From Proteromonas lacertae (taxonomy: Eukaryota), in contig NGBS01000001.1 of NCBI GenBank assembly GCA_002245135.1, positions 558,001-604,704 of the forward strand: a stretch of DNA of 46,704 nt, written 5' to 3'. Shown one piece after another: positions 13,998 to 28,712 of the stretch. The notes beneath the pieces are model-generated. The model was not told the DNA's origin. It saw only the letters and a list, made by a program, of their open reading frames with translations, and did no database searches. The position numbers were made by a program, and so were the translations under genes. Position 1 is the stretch's first letter. Every line of letters starts with the position of its first letter.

Positions 13998-14916
13998 ATG
14001 AAGAGTTCACATGTTGAAAAATGCCAAGGTATATTAAAAAGCATTATCAGAGACCCATCATCCAAACCATTTCTAAAATGTACTCCATATGATGTTAGTT
14101 ATTGTTCAATTCCATAATAGTCTTCAACCACTTGATTTAGCCAAAGTGAAAGAAAGGTTAGACAATCATCTATATGATTCGATGGATCAATTTGCCATTG
14201 ATCTTTGTTCTGTGTTTAGTTCAACAAATGTGAAGAAATTATGTCCAAATCAATCAGTAATATGTCGTAAAATGCTGAAAAAGATTAATTTAGGAATGAG
14301 AAAAGTAGCTGCTAGTGCAAAGTGCTGTAAATGTATAAATTATTATATTCACCTAATAGACTGTCATAAATGGATGTATTCGCTTAGAAATGTTCGTAAA
14401 CACTCAAAGATATGTAAATATGCTGTAACTGAATCAAATGAAAAAGGAAGTGTTGAACAAAATAAGATAGAATCTGAAGAAGAAGAAGAAGAAACTGAAG
14501 AAAAAGATACTAAAAAAGAAGAAGAAGAAAAGGAAGAAGAAGAGGAAGAAGAACAAGATGATCAAGAAGTAAAAAGTAATAACAATGAGATTACATGCTT
14601 TTTTAAGGAATGCGATTTAGAGTTAAAAGATGATGCGATGGTTGAACACAATTTAAATCACATAAGATGTGTTAATGCAATTCAGAAAAATGAAATGAAG
14701 GAAAAATTCATTTCAATTAATAATTTCGAGGAAAATTTTGATGTATGTGAGTTTAAAAATAAATTAAATGAGAAATGGAATAGTAAAAAATCAATTATGG
14801 CAGAAATGAATAGAAAAAAGCTAAATTATCACCCTGAACTGAAATGTAATGATAATACTAACAAATGGATTTGGCCTTACAGCATTACTCCTTTATCTCT
14901 TCATTATATGGAATAA
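13998..14916 (+). CDS. Divergent bromodomain-containing protein
   Basis: CQGILKSIIRDPSSKPFL..QPLDLAKVKERLDNHLYDSMDQFAIDL resembles bromodomain helices Z-A-B; acidic tract and Cys/His clusters follow. Confidence 0.65.
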
Positions 14917-15025
14917 TTTAATAATTATCTCTATTTATGTTATAAGTCTTTTTTTTTTTTAATTCAAAATCAAAGAACATATCTCATACAAAAAACCATT
15001 ACATTAAATAAAATATATTTAGAAA

Positions 15026-16686
15026 TTATTTTTCTCCTAGCTTTTCAAGAAGATCAGAAGCAATTTCTTTTTTCTCTCCCTCTTGAATTGCTTCATAATA
15101 TCTCACTTTCTTCACTAATCTACTATAATCAACAAGAATAGCTAATAATCCTTCAGTAGTATTTACAATATTAAAGATTATTTGTAAAACAAGAATAACT
15201 ATATTTTCTTCATCTCGATCATCATCTTCAAAATATCTCATTATAATATCATATCCACCATTGTTAATAAAGTCTATTGCATTCTCTTCATTAATTGTTA
15301 AGTATTTTAATACAACTAATATTGATTTGATTAACTTTATATCTTTAAAAGCATTTTTCTTAAAGTTACTAATCTCATTTTCAGAATTATTTGGAGGAGT
15401 AAGTGGAGGTAAGAAATACTTAATATATCCATTCAATGATTTCATTACTAAATCTTTATAATTACAGTCATTACGACAAAATACACTTTGTAATATTTGA
15501 ACAGTAGCAAATAACATAGCGTTATTATCATTTGAATAATTCTTTAAACATAATTTTAATACTGATGTTAGATCATTTATCCTATATTTAAATATTTCTT
15601 GATCTATAATTTTAATAAAAATAGTATGAATATATTAATAATACTTTTTTCATATATAAAATAGAGTAGTGAAATAATTTCTAACAGCATGTCATTATCT
15701 TCAGTATGTTTAAACGATTCACATAAATAAAATATACAATTATTTTCACCAATCAAAATGATATTATTTGGTTCTTCATGAACTGCATTGGATATACTCA
15801 TAATTATATCCATCTTAGGATCTTCCATATTACTTTGTAATTGATAAATTGTCTGGAATATTCCTGATTTTGTTACAGTCATTAATTTATTTAATAAATC
15901 AGTGGTTGTTGGTCTATTTTCTGGGTTTGGATTTATACACCAATTAATACACTCATTTAAAGTGTCATTTTGGGTTGGATTTACTATATTTGTTGAATAG
16001 TTTGTAGCATATGACAATACACTCATACCTAGACAGTATATATCCATTTTAAATGTGTATTTTGTATTTGTTGGAGAATATTCTGGAGGTATGAAAATTT
16101 TGGGTTTTTTACAATGTGTTTCTACTGGTTCTACTACTCCATAAGCACCAATTTTATATTGTTCATCTTTTAAGAATATATTTTCAGGTATTAAGAAGTG
16201 ATGCACATATTCTCGAGTGTGTAAATAATCTAATGCTGCTGTACATTGGACAAATAAGTCCAAAACATTCTATTTTATATTATTTAATAAATAATACATT
16301 ATCATCAGGTATTACTTTATTTTTCATGTTGTGACAAATGAGAGATTCCAAATTTGTATAACATAATTCATAAAATAGGTATATATATTTTTCATCAACA
16401 GTACAATCAAAATATTTTACGATGTTTGTATGATTTATTAACCTATAATCTGCAAACTAATGAAATAAACTGAAAATTTGATATACAAAATCAAAGAAGT
16501 GATTAGGAAATCTGTTCATGCACTTTACATTATATAATGTTTGTAAATTAGGTGTTTTGATAATCCTATCACCACTATCAGCAGTCACTGCTATTACTAG
16601 ATTCTGAGCTGATAATCCATCTTCAACTGTTTTCTATAAAGATGAAATTATTGATTTAATGTTAATACAGCAGGCTTAGATCCCAT
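15026..16686 (-). CDS. Protein kinase-like (probable pseudokinase) with C-terminal ARM-like helical repeats
   Basis: ALDYLHTREYVHHFLIPENIFL, KIGAYG, FIPPE, DIYCLG, CINPNPENRPT; HRD and DFG are degenerate; helical C-terminus (FINNGGYDII). Confidence 0.75.
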
Positions 16687-16830
16687 ATTTTTAATTTTTA
16701 TTTAATACAGGAAAATACAATTAAAAAACAGTCGTATTAATATGTATTTCATTTTTGACATTTTTTAAACAACAATACAATTCAAAAAATAAGATATAAA
16801 TATTAAACAAATTATATTTAAATACCAACC

Positions 16831-19800
16831 TTATGATGAACTAATAGTCTTAACATTCTTCTGACATCTTCCTAACTCAACATCCATACACCTAGCAGCA
16901 AATTGTAAAGAAGATATAGTTTCAGAAACATTCCAAGGAGAAGGACTAATGTTCACAAACATAATAACTTTTGAATGTCCAGATAAACTATCTTGTAAAA
17001 GATGAGTTAGTTTAGTGTTTCTATATGGAACATGTTTATTTTTGTGTTGTAAAGCATTCATCACATCTCCTAATGCACTTAATGATTTGTTAATAGCTTG
17101 AGCTTCTTTTAATTTATCACCAGTAGCTCCAGTTTTAGAAGCTCTTTCACTACCAGCTAAATCTATTAAGTTTAATCTACTACTTATGTTCTGCTTTGAA
17201 TGTTCATTATATCCTGATATATAGATAGTTAATATTAAATGAGAACGAGATGAATGTTCATTTAAATTATGACATCCTACACTTCGATTAGTCTCTGCCT
17301 TTTTCAATAAGTCAATTACTGTTGGATAAGATTCAACTTTTTCTTGTGAAATTCCTTCTACAAAATTACCTTCGTTATTTGTTCTGATTTCTAATCCACT
17401 ACTTTGTGAAGTCTTTTTTGACCCTTTTAGTAAATCAACAATTGTTTCATTATAGATTTCTAATACACTTACTGAGAGTTGATAGGATGATTCTGGTTGT
17501 CTTTTTGCCATCTCTTTAAATAGTGAATTTAGTGCTTTGTAATTTACACCAGGATTCTTATGAGGTCCTTGCATAGTATATGTTTTACCACTTCCCGTTT
17601 GACCATAAGCAAATATACATACATTATACCCATCTAAAGCTGAAGTAACAAATGGTGAAACATTCTCATATATTTGTTCTTGAGTTGATTCTGGATTGAA
17701 CACACCATCAAATTGAAATGGATAAATATAACCAGCTTTCTATTACCACAATAATAAATAAGATATACATTAACAATAATTGAATCTTGACCTGGAAAAC
17801 TACAAGTTGATACGATATCACCTTTTTCTTTTTCTACTTGAAGAATTGGTCTTACCCTACAAAACACTCGAATATTACCTTTCATTTCAATTAATTCATT
17901 GTGTAACTTCTTTCTTAATTCATATTCTTTAATATACAATGCTTCCATTTCTGATAGTTTTTCTTGATACTCTTTTGCTTGTAAAGCTAAGGCATTCTAT
18001 AATTAAAAATTTAAACATATAATAAAAATACTTTCTTTTCTACTTCAACTTGTTGTTTATAATCTAATTCTCTATCTTTTAGTCTCTTTTCTAATAACTC
18101 AATTCTTTCTTGATATTCTTTAATCTCCTTATTCTTTTCTCTTTCTAACTTTTGCAATTCTAATTTCTTCTCCTTTTCTGCTTGTTGAAGCACATTATTT
18201 AGTTCTTGTGTATGTCTATCTGAATTTTCTAATTGTGCAATTCTATTTTCATATTCTTTCATTAATTTATTCTTTTCTATTTCATATTCTTTTTCTATAT
18301 TGTCTCTTTCTGATTTTGACTTTTTGGTTAATGTGTCAAAATCTCTTGTTAATTTCTGTAATTTCAATGTTTTTGAAGCACCATCTCTTTTCAACGAACT
18401 ATTTTCTGACTTTAATTCATCAATTTGTTTATTCAATTCTTCTTCTTTCTCTGCTGATATTCCGTTATGTTTGACTTTTTCTAATTCATTGTAATATCTA
18501 GTAATTGTCTCATCTCTTGCTTTGATTTCTGCAACATGATTATCTTCAGCATTTTTCATTTGCTCATCATTTCTTCTATCTATTGAAAGAGTTAAAAAAT
18601 GTTTTATAATATATAATCTATACTTATATTTTCAATTTTTCTTTTCAATTCTTCATTCTCTTCTGTTAAAGAATCAATTCTCTTCTGTAGATTAGGATCT
18701 GATTCATATTTTATTATTACTATTATTATTATTATTATTTAAATAAATATTTATACGATTCTGTCTATCTTGTTCTGTATATTGATTATCTTCAGGATAA
18801 CTGTCTTCTGGTGCATAAAACCAATCAGTTCCTTCTCTTGGGTCATTCCAACTACTTTCATAGGTTGTTCCATTAGTGAAATATGGATATCCATCTTCAT
18901 TGTAATAGGTATTATAACAATCCCATAAACCAGTTGTTTTGTTCTCAGAGTAGAATATATATGGAGGAGTTTGATATAAAGCAGTTGCAAAGTATTTGTA
19001 TGGTTTATCTTCTTCTGCTGTTGATTCATTCACTGAAAATGATGGATTAATCTCTGGTAATAGTGATTGAGATTCTCTTCTCTTCTTATAATCTATTAAA
19101 TAATAATAATCTATTAATAATTCGTACCAACTTTATAATATGGTGCTAATATCTCAATACATCCTCTAGCATTATTCTCAATTGCTAAATCATAAGGAGT
19201 TTGATTCTGGTTTGTCTTCACAGCAGGATCTGCATCATTACTTAGTAATAATATAACAATTGAATCTTTATTTCTTGCTGAAGCTAAATGCAGTGCAGTA
19301 TTTCCTGAATTATCTTTTGTATTAATCTGTAAAGTCCCAACTACTTGAATTATGAATTGTACCATTGCTATTAAAATAATAATAATAATAAATATAAATA
19401 ATAATACAATAATGACCTTGTGCACTAGCTAAATGAAGTGGAGTTCTTCCTCTGTTGTTAGTCACTTTCATATCAGCTTTATATTTATTCAATAACTTCA
19501 TTATTTCTAAATATCCTCTTTCTGCACAAGCATGAACTGGATAATCACCTTCTGGATCAGGTAAATTCACAAATTCTTCATAATCAGATACTTGACTAAA
19601 TATCATTTGACAGCAATCCATTCTTCCATTCATTACGGAGATTTGTAATCCATTATAACCTACTTCTGGATGAGGATTTACATTTCCATGTTTCTGTAGA
19701 CATTTCTGTAGTAATTCCATATATCCTTTTTGACAAGCTATTAATAATACAGTATCATTTGTATCCATTTCTTGATAATCTATTGGACATCCATTATTGA

Positions 19801-20417
19801 AACATTTTTCTACTTCTTTCACATCATTCTTTCTTGCAGCTTTGAATAGATTTTCTTTCCAGTAAGTTTCAGTTGTTGGATTATTTAAATCTTGTAGTTT
19901 TGTTGACTTATCTAATTGTCTATCAAATGATGTTTTATGTTTGGGAGTACGAGAGGGTGATTCTACTTCAGTCATGTATTCTATAGTAGGTGTTGGATTT
20001 CTACCAGCTTGAACACATCTCCATCCTGTTTGTGGTGGTAGAGGATTACTGCTATGAATTGCATAGTATGATGTACCTTCATCTCTTATTACCCAGCCAT
20101 ACTCATTTCTTATACTCTCTCTACATAATATAAATCCATATGGTCCAATGTATAATGGTGCTCCATTTCTCTCAGTAGATATTCTAAAAACATCAGAAAT
20201 ATTCTCATACTGATATGACCCGCACAAAGCAGTAATTCCACAAGATTTTATTACACAAACTTTAACTGGACAGTCTGTAACTATCGGTGATTGACTCAAA
20301 GCTCCATTGGTCTAGAATAAGAAGATAATGAAGTGAGATACCAAATTTTGAACCCTCATTGACCTGTGGGATGACTAAAGCATAAAAACTAAATAAAAGT
20401 TATACAACTAAACTCAT
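16831..20417 (-). CDS. Kinesin-14 (C-terminal motor) with N-terminal ankyrin repeats, WW-like segment and coiled coil
   Basis: GNIRVFCRVRP neck, FAYGQTGSGKT, NEHSSRSH, DLAGSER, HVPYRNTKLT; ankyrin GRTPLHLA/GNTALHLA. ORFs 19322-20299, 19114-19425, 18704-19033, 18011-18559, 17634-17948 and 16831-17703 join in frame through GT-AG introns. Confidence 0.88.
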
Positions 20418-20589
20418 AGTCTATTTCCAAATACAAAAATGACAGTTTAAAAAAATATAAAAACGAAACGATCAAAATTTTATCATTGTAATATCTTCTC
20501 CATTAACCATTACGTAAGATATAATTTATACTTATGAGAAAACTACTACCCAATAGTAAACAATAAAACTATTATTACTTTGAAAAAGT

Positions 20590-21639
20590 CTAATCTATGT
20601 GTAATTTAGTTGAAAGTACTTTAAATAACTCTTCAGCATCACTTGAAACAATAAAATTCCCACCAGGTAGCACTTCTTCATCTTTAATTCCATGATAATC
20701 GCTTCCTACAAACTTTAGTAAATTATACTTCTTTGCTTCTGGCATATATTCAGAACTCTTTCCATAACATTCCATTCCATCCAAAGAATGTCTAAATGCA
20801 ATAAATATAATAAATACTCAACTAAAGTTTTAATTATCTCCAATGGCTGTTTGTAACACCAAGGATGAGCTAAAACAACCAGTCCATTATGTTTATGAAC
20901 AAATTCAATAGCATCCAATGAATATAATGGTTTTGACATTGTTAAACTAATGTAATAAAGAAAGATAATAAATAGTTAATACTTCATTTTCCCTTCCCCT
21001 AAGTATTTATTAAATGCTTCTTGGAATGATGATATATATCCCTTTTCTAACATTGCTTTAGCTATATGTGGTCTACCTGGAGCTGCTTCTCCTGCTATTT
21101 CTATTACTCTTTCATAGGATATATCAACTCCTTGTTCTTTTAAACTATTCAATATATTCTTTGTTCTTAAATATCTAGCTTCTTGTAGTGTTTTGAAAAA
21201 TGTTTCGACTTTATCCAATTGATCAACTGGAAAGTAGCCAAGCATATGAACGCTTCCTTGTCCTGGAAATTCAGTAGACATTTCTAATCCTGGGATAACA
21301 TGTAATCCTAGTGATTTACCAACTTTTATTGCTTCTTTAACACCTTTTGTTGTATCATGGTCGGTAACAGCAACGTATTTCAAATGTCTTGAAAAACACA
21401 TTTTCAGAAGCTCTTCAACAGACAATATACCATCAGAGTTTTTAGTATGCATATGCAAATCAATAATTGCAGTCTATCAATCAAAATTATCTTGAATATT
21501 GAATACTTCATTATTTTCTCCTGTAGTTTCATTATCAGGATATCTAATCTGTATATTAATATATATACATATCCATTTCCCCAATAAAAGTCCCTATAGC
21601 TGTCATAATCACAACAATAATAAAAAGAAGTTTGAGCAT
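20590..21639 (-). CDS. PHP-domain metal-dependent phosphoesterase (TrpH/YciV family)
   Basis: DLHMHTKNSDG, AVTDHDT, GLEMST, VHMLGY, GRPHIA, VLAHP, GSDYHG; hydrophobic N-terminal exon MLKLLFIIVVIMTAIG. Confidence 0.88.
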
Positions 21640-21733
21640 TAGTTTGCTATTCTATTATGACAATTTTGTTTCTTTTATTTATTTAAACTAAATAACAGTC
21701 ATTCAATAAAATAAATAGGAAAATTATGTATAT

Positions 21734-24725
21734 TTATCGTGGAATTTGAGATAGAATCTGTTCAATACTTTCATCTGGTAAATCATACTCTTTCACAAAC
21801 TCTTTAACAACATCTTCAACTTCATCATTCTCATATAACAACAATTCCTTTTCTATATCATCACTTATAGGTATTAAAAGCCTCTGAATTACTCTTCCTC
21901 TCTAATTAACAAAAAATAACATATATATCATACTATTGGATCAATTTGTGATACAGATGATGTACAACTACTCCTTCTCGTTATATCTGATGAATAATAG
22001 TCTTGTACTCTCTCCATATCTTCTTCAATAAACCTTTTTCGATTATTATAAAACTTCAACTTTTGATTTTCCCTATACAGTTCAATAGCTTCTTTTACTT
22101 TCTCTGTTAGTTGTGGTATAAATCTGTAGGATAATCCATATTTATTAATATATAAATTAATATGATCTTCTACAGTTTTATTTAAATACACTGGCAAATT
22201 AACTAGAAAATATAATTAGATATTATTCATTTATACATGTTTTATGTTCTAATTCTACATATATATCACTAATATGATATAAAGTAACTGTTTTGTGTGT
22301 TTTCTTCTATAATTAATATATATAAACATTATAATTATATTTATACATAATTTTCATGTCTTTCTAATGATTTTAGTTTGAATGGCATTTGCTTAGTATT
22401 ATTCTTATTTAACCATCTAGAATGTTTTTCTATATTCTTCTTTTGTCTTTCCCTATCCAATTTTAATTTGTATTTCTTTTGTTGTTGAGTTATGCTCTCC
22501 AATATCTAATATTTTTATGTATATATAATAATAATAATTAATACTGAATCATAAAATTCATTGTTTATTTTATATTTTCTCATAAACTGATTGGCTAATA
22601 TAGTCGGTTTATCATTTTCATATATTTCAACTATTCCTACTTTGTGTGTTTGTGGAATATCTATTTCTAATTTGATTATCAATTCTCCACGATTTTTTTG
22701 ACTATTTCAATATAACAACATAATAATCAATACATTTTGAAGACTGGATATTTGAATACTTTATTGGATGACTCTGGTTTCTATAATGAATAAAATAACA
22801 ATGATTTATAATATATATATACATAATTATTCTTTTTAGGAGATGGTATTTCTTGCATTGTCTCTGGATTAATATAATGAATTGGGCCTGGTTCAATCCA
22901 TGGATTATCCTATTAATAATATTATTAACAAACAAATAAATACATCATCATCTTTGCTATTACATTTCACATTAAATGATAAAAGATTATATTGTCTATA
23001 AGATTCAGATAAAAAAGAAAATGATACTTAGTTGAAGGTCTGCTATTACAATCATGATGGTGTATTTGATATTCTATATTAATAAATGTTATATATATAT
23101 ATATATACTATTATTTATGGTTGATTTTGGTGTAGTTTTATATAACGATATTGTACTATGATGAATTACTACAGGAGATGATTTCACCATTGAATCTTCA
23201 TATTCATCATCATTATATTCATTTTTATTTATTCTACTCCTATTATTATTATTAAACTTTGGAGTAGATGCTTTGACTTTATTTGGTGAAACTGATAATA
23301 TTGATGAAGGAGTATCAAAAGATGAATCACATGATTTATTATTTTTATTATTCTTTTTAATTGGACTAATATATTTATTCTCATTGTTTACACTCTGATT
23401 TTGTCCATTTGGTAATACTTTATTGTTTATTATTAATTCATTTATCTTCTTTTGAACCAAATTTATTTCATCACTATCGTCATATTCGAGGTGATTAATA
23501 TCTGATTCTTGTTCATTTTCATTGGAATCATAACCATCACTATGAACTTCTTTCATGATGTTTATATCACTGTTGATTTCTAATACATTTTCTTCTTTTT
23601 CCAACTCTTTTTCATTCTTTTCTAATTCTTTATTATTCTTAAATTTTTTGATCTTTTCTTCTTCCTCATAATCTTCTTCATAATCTTCATCAGTTTCAGA
23701 TTCTGTTAGTTTATTTTTTATTTCTATTACTTTCTCTTCTTCTTCTTCTTCTTCCTCATTATCTTCCTCAGATTCATTTTCTATTTTAATTTCTTTGTAT
23801 TTCTGTTTGTTTTCATTCTCTTCCATTTCTTTATAACTATCATCATCATCATCTGATTCATCTTCTCGATTCTTTTTTTCTTCTAATTCTGCTTCTTCAT
23901 TCTTTTTTTCCATTTCTTCTTCTTCTTCATTCTCACTTACTTCTATATCTTCAATCAATGATTGATTCTCTTCATTTTCCTGACTTTTCTTATCATTTTG
24001 CTCATTCTTTAATTCTTCTTCAACTTTATCATTATCATCTTTTTCTTTATCATTTTTTCTATTATTCAATTCATAATCACTGCTATCATTATCATCACTA
24101 ATCTCATTTTCTTCTTCTTTCTTCATATTATCTTCACAACTTATGAAACTAGTTAGCAATTCATATATCTTTTCAGTAGTACTTTTAAGAATCTCATCAG
24201 AATTAATCTAACAATAAGAAATATAATCAATATATATATACATTGAAAAAATTAATATCATTATCATTGCAATAATTTCCTATTTCATTAACAATTGATT
24301 CATCTTCTTTAAGATAACTATCGCATATCACAACAGATGTCAAATCACTTACTGATTCTTTTATTTTATCATGATAATCTAAAAATATATTTACATCTTC
24401 CTCGCTTTCAGACTTTATAAAATAAAATAACAGATCAGATGATTGGATGTCTACTTGTTCATCACTACCAAATATGTTAATCTAAAAGGTAATATTCAAT
24501 AAATATACAATAATAGGGACAATTTTATCTTCATCATCACCAATTAACAATATTTTATTATCGAAACTATTTGCATCTGGAATATTATCTTTTAAATAAG
24601 GAAAACTATTAATGAACTTTTCATAAACTATAAATGGTTATTATACATATCATACACGCGTTATCAAATAGAATAAAACCTAAAGACAAGTTGTCATTAC
24701 ATAATTGAGCTTCTTTGTTATTCAT
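21734..24725 (-). CDS. Hypothetical multi-exon protein with long acidic low-complexity region
   Basis: Chain of minus-strand exons including ORFs 23089-24159 and 21928-22197; could be one or two genes; no diagnostic motif. Confidence 0.45.
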
Positions 24726-25025
24726 TACAAATTTGAGGCTATTTTAATTAAAATAAAAAATATTAGTATGTTTTAATATGGCAAATGTATATCACTATTT
24801 AACTATTATGTATATGATGAAGAAAAATAGATTTTAAAAAATCAGTTTGAATCTCAAGCTTGTGATTTGATTATTAACAGGCTCGAATTCTGCTTGAAAT
24901 ATTAGAATTTGTTATTGCTGTTACTTGACTGTAAATGATTGATATAACTTCTAAATTTGTGATATATAATGACAATTATTAATAAAAATACAATTATAAT
25001 ACATTTATATTACAATTTTTCAATT

Positions 25026-27081
25026 TTAATGTGAAACTGATAATAATTCTATTGAAGTGTTTTGAGAATGTAATACAGCATATGAATATAGTGGAGAAGG
25101 TAAATCTTTAACAAGTAAAACAGGAGATGAATCATTATGACTTATCCAAAATTCTCTTTTATTCATATCAACAATCACTTCATAAATTGAACCATCTCCT
25201 ATGATTATTGAAATTTGGATCTAAATTAACAACTCTTCCAATATCACAATATGAAGTAATATCTTGACTTTCACCACCATATACCCAATAATTACATGTT
25301 GTTGATTGACTATAAATATTATATCCAGAATATGTATTATTAGTTGATAATCCTAACATCATTTCATCATAATAACTTCCATTTTGATGAAATTTATATT
25401 TAATATGATAAACTCCATTTTCCATTTCAAATTCAAATAACAATGATTATAACCATAACTTATTTTAGTATTTGTTATTATTTTTCCATTATTTGATATT
25501 GATATTTCATCACTTTTGTTTAATTCTGTGAATGTTATATCAACAAATTCTAATGAAATTCTGATTTTCTTTTCACTTCTTACATTCTTACAACTTATTT
25601 CATATTCTCTATTTTTGATTTCTTTATCTACTTTTCCATTAATTATTCCATTTTCTTTATTAATCATTAAACCATCTGGCAATGATGGATTAATTGAAAA
25701 TTCACATCGATTTCCATCAAATGATGGAATTATTGACATTTCTTCATAAATTGTAAATGAATATTCTGATTGAGGATATGAAAATGATGTGATTTCTTTT
25801 GTTTTTAATTCACTCAATAATTCTTTATCTTTCATTATTACAATCATTTCTTCTTCTTCTTCGAAACTCAGTTTATTCTCTTTTATATATTCTATTAATA
25901 ATTCTTTAGATTTGGAATTTAGATAATTATCTTCATTCAATATTCTAAAAAGAATTCCTTTTCCACATACTTCTTCTATTATTGAAATATCCTTTTTATC
26001 ATCAACAAACAAACATAAACATTTCATTGTTCGATTTCTTTTATTCTCATTATATTCTATACATAATCTATCCAATAGATTTCTCTTTTCTATATTTGAG
26101 ATATATTCTATTTAAATATATTTTTAGTATTTATACTTTCCTTTTTCATATTTTTATATTTCATTATCATCAATACTATTTCCGGTCATTTTTATATTAT
26201 TCATTTCTAATATAATCATTATTTCATCATTTAATTCTTCTTCTTCCATTTTATCCAATATTCTTCTTTCTTCTTCATTAAATACTTCTTCTTCATTATC
26301 TTCATTGTAATTATTCATTATTACATTTTGAATTCTATCATCTTTTATTAAATATATTTCTATATGATTTTTATATTCATTTTTCTTTAATTCTATTTTC
26401 ATTTCTTTTAACATTTCTTTATTCTCTTTTTCTATCTCTTTCTCTTTTATCTTTTCTACATCGATATCTTCTTCTATCAATTGTTTAAAATCATCTTGTA
26501 TCTCTTTATTATCATTGTTATTCTTTTGGAATTTATACCATTCTAATAATCGATTTAATAACCATAACTCATTCACTATTATCACATCTTTCATATTTAA
26601 TATCTCGATCAAATTATTCATTTCTAATCTCAACAAATATTCATTCTTATATAAATATTTATATCCTCGCTTTTCTATTTCCATATTTTTCAATTCTTCT
26701 ATCTCTCTCAAACATCCACCAAATACATTACATATATGAATTAATTTCATTAATACTTCATCATCTATATTATTCTTCACAAATTCATAACAATCATTTA
26801 TTATCTCTTTTTCAGAATAACATAAACAAAACATCAACACTTCACACACATTCTCTTTACAGATTATCAGTTCACCACCACTGTAGTATTTCTCCATCTC
26901 ATAATAGCCAATTTCTTCGATTTCTTCATATAACTCTAAAACTCCTACAAACTCACGATCTAACAACAGTTTCTTTACAGTTTCATTTCCATTCACTAAA
27001 ATTGATTTGATTGACATTATTCGATTATCTCTAATCTTCACTTCTATATCACCAAAACCACTTTCAACCAATTTTCGACAT
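25026..27081 (-). pseudogene. BTB/BACK-like + putative Ig + SPRY-like protein, frameshifted (pseudogene or assembly errors)
   Basis: N-terminal GFGDIEV..YYSGGELIICKENVCEVL (BTB-like), FSINPSLPDGLMINKENGIING (putative Ig repeat), C-terminal GDGSIYEVIVDMNKREFWI (SPRY-like); about four frame breaks. Confidence 0.6.
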
Positions 27082-27323
27082 AATCTATCATAAAAATAAA
27101 TATATTAAATACCCCTATTCTCTTATGCTTTTATTCACTTTTATTATCATCTTTATGTAAATATATAACAAAAATAACGAAATTAGATTTTTATCAAAAT
27201 TTTGAATAACCCAAAAATTAAAATGTGATTTAATTCAATTGCAGAATATGTGATAAAGACAATAATACTCTTATGTGATTTATTAATGCACATTGCATAT
27301 GTTTTGTTGATAGTAATTAGTAT

Positions 27324-28600
27324 TTGTTTATGAAATATCATTCAAATAAACCTTCAGTTGACCATAATTCTACTCAAAGTCATTCTCAACAGTCTACTGA
27401 AGTAATTTGGGAATTATTAAAAGCTGGAATGGGTTTAATAGTGACAGATGTAGATATATTATACTTGAAGAATCCAGTAGAATATATAATATCAGGAACA
27501 CATGATATAGCAACATCTCGTAACAAAAGAACAGGTGAATTAAATGGAGGATTTTTGTATAAATATATATAATAATAAAATGAAATTTATATATAAATAG
27601 TTTCTTAAGAAATAGTCCCAATGCTCTTCGTTTATTTGAACGTATAATGTCACTTCATCCTGAATATCCAAAAGATAATGATCAAGACCTTCTGAATCGT
27701 GCAGTGAAAGAAGCCAAATCTTATGCTGATATAAAGAAACTACCAGGTAGACAATTTTGGAATGGTTTAGAATTCTTTGAATATCAACACATATTCTTTG
27801 CTGAACAGTTTGAATGTAATGATTGTTATACAATTCATAATAATTGGTTATTAGGATTTGAAGCTAAAGAATATAGATTAAAAGAATTACATTTATATAA
27901 GTTTGATTATGATGGTTATTATTCATCTGAAAATAATAATTATTTATCAGTTGATTATGATGAACAAGAGCGAAATTTAGAGTATAAATATATAAGAATA
28001 TATATATTGAAATAGAAATGATAAAATGACATTAATGTTGGGTTTATATTTAGCTAATATATCAAATCGTATAATGATATTACCTAGATTGAAATGTTAT
28101 AATGTAAAACGAAAGAATAATCCAATATGTAATAGTGGTGAAACTGAATGTAATATGTTAGTTCATTGGAATATAAAGAGATTCAATTCAGTATTTAAAT
28201 CAAAATACAGAGAATCAGTATATATATACATATTTGTAATTAATTAGACATTTTTAACTCATCCATTTACTTCAACAAAAGTGAAAAATGATATAATTCC
28301 ACTATTAGTCGACAATTCAAAAGAAATAAAAGCATTAGAGAATGATCATAAAGTATATAAAGTTCATTTTTCTAAATTATCGTTGTAAGAAGTTTATGAA
28401 AAGATACTTACAGACAAATGACTCACATGAAGAAAGTTAATCATACAAGATATTTATTTATTTATTATTATGTTAATTTTAGCAAAATATGTAAAAATAG
28501 TATAATTCTTCAATTATTCTATTTTAATATATATCACACAATAACATAGATATTCTAATTATATCAAGCTTCATCTCTTTTTAGATCAATAGAAAACTAA
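27324..28600 (+). CDS. Nucleotide-diphospho-sugar transferase (GT77-like); 5' end uncertain
   Basis: LIVTDVDILYLKNP (DxD), LNGGF, NDQDLLN, TIHNNWLLGFEAKEYRLKELHL. Confidence 0.8.
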
Positions 28601-28712
28601 ACATCAAAAATTATACAAATTCTGTCATTTGATTGGCTAAATTAGGCTTGATTTGTTTTGATTGAAAATTTATAATCCTTAATATCTCGCTTAATAGTCT
28701 TTAAACAATTGT

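Noticed and set aside
28564..28569. TCAAGC copy counted as promoter motif
   Set aside because: Falls inside the probable last exon of the GT77-like gene; likewise the copy near 6919 is coding.
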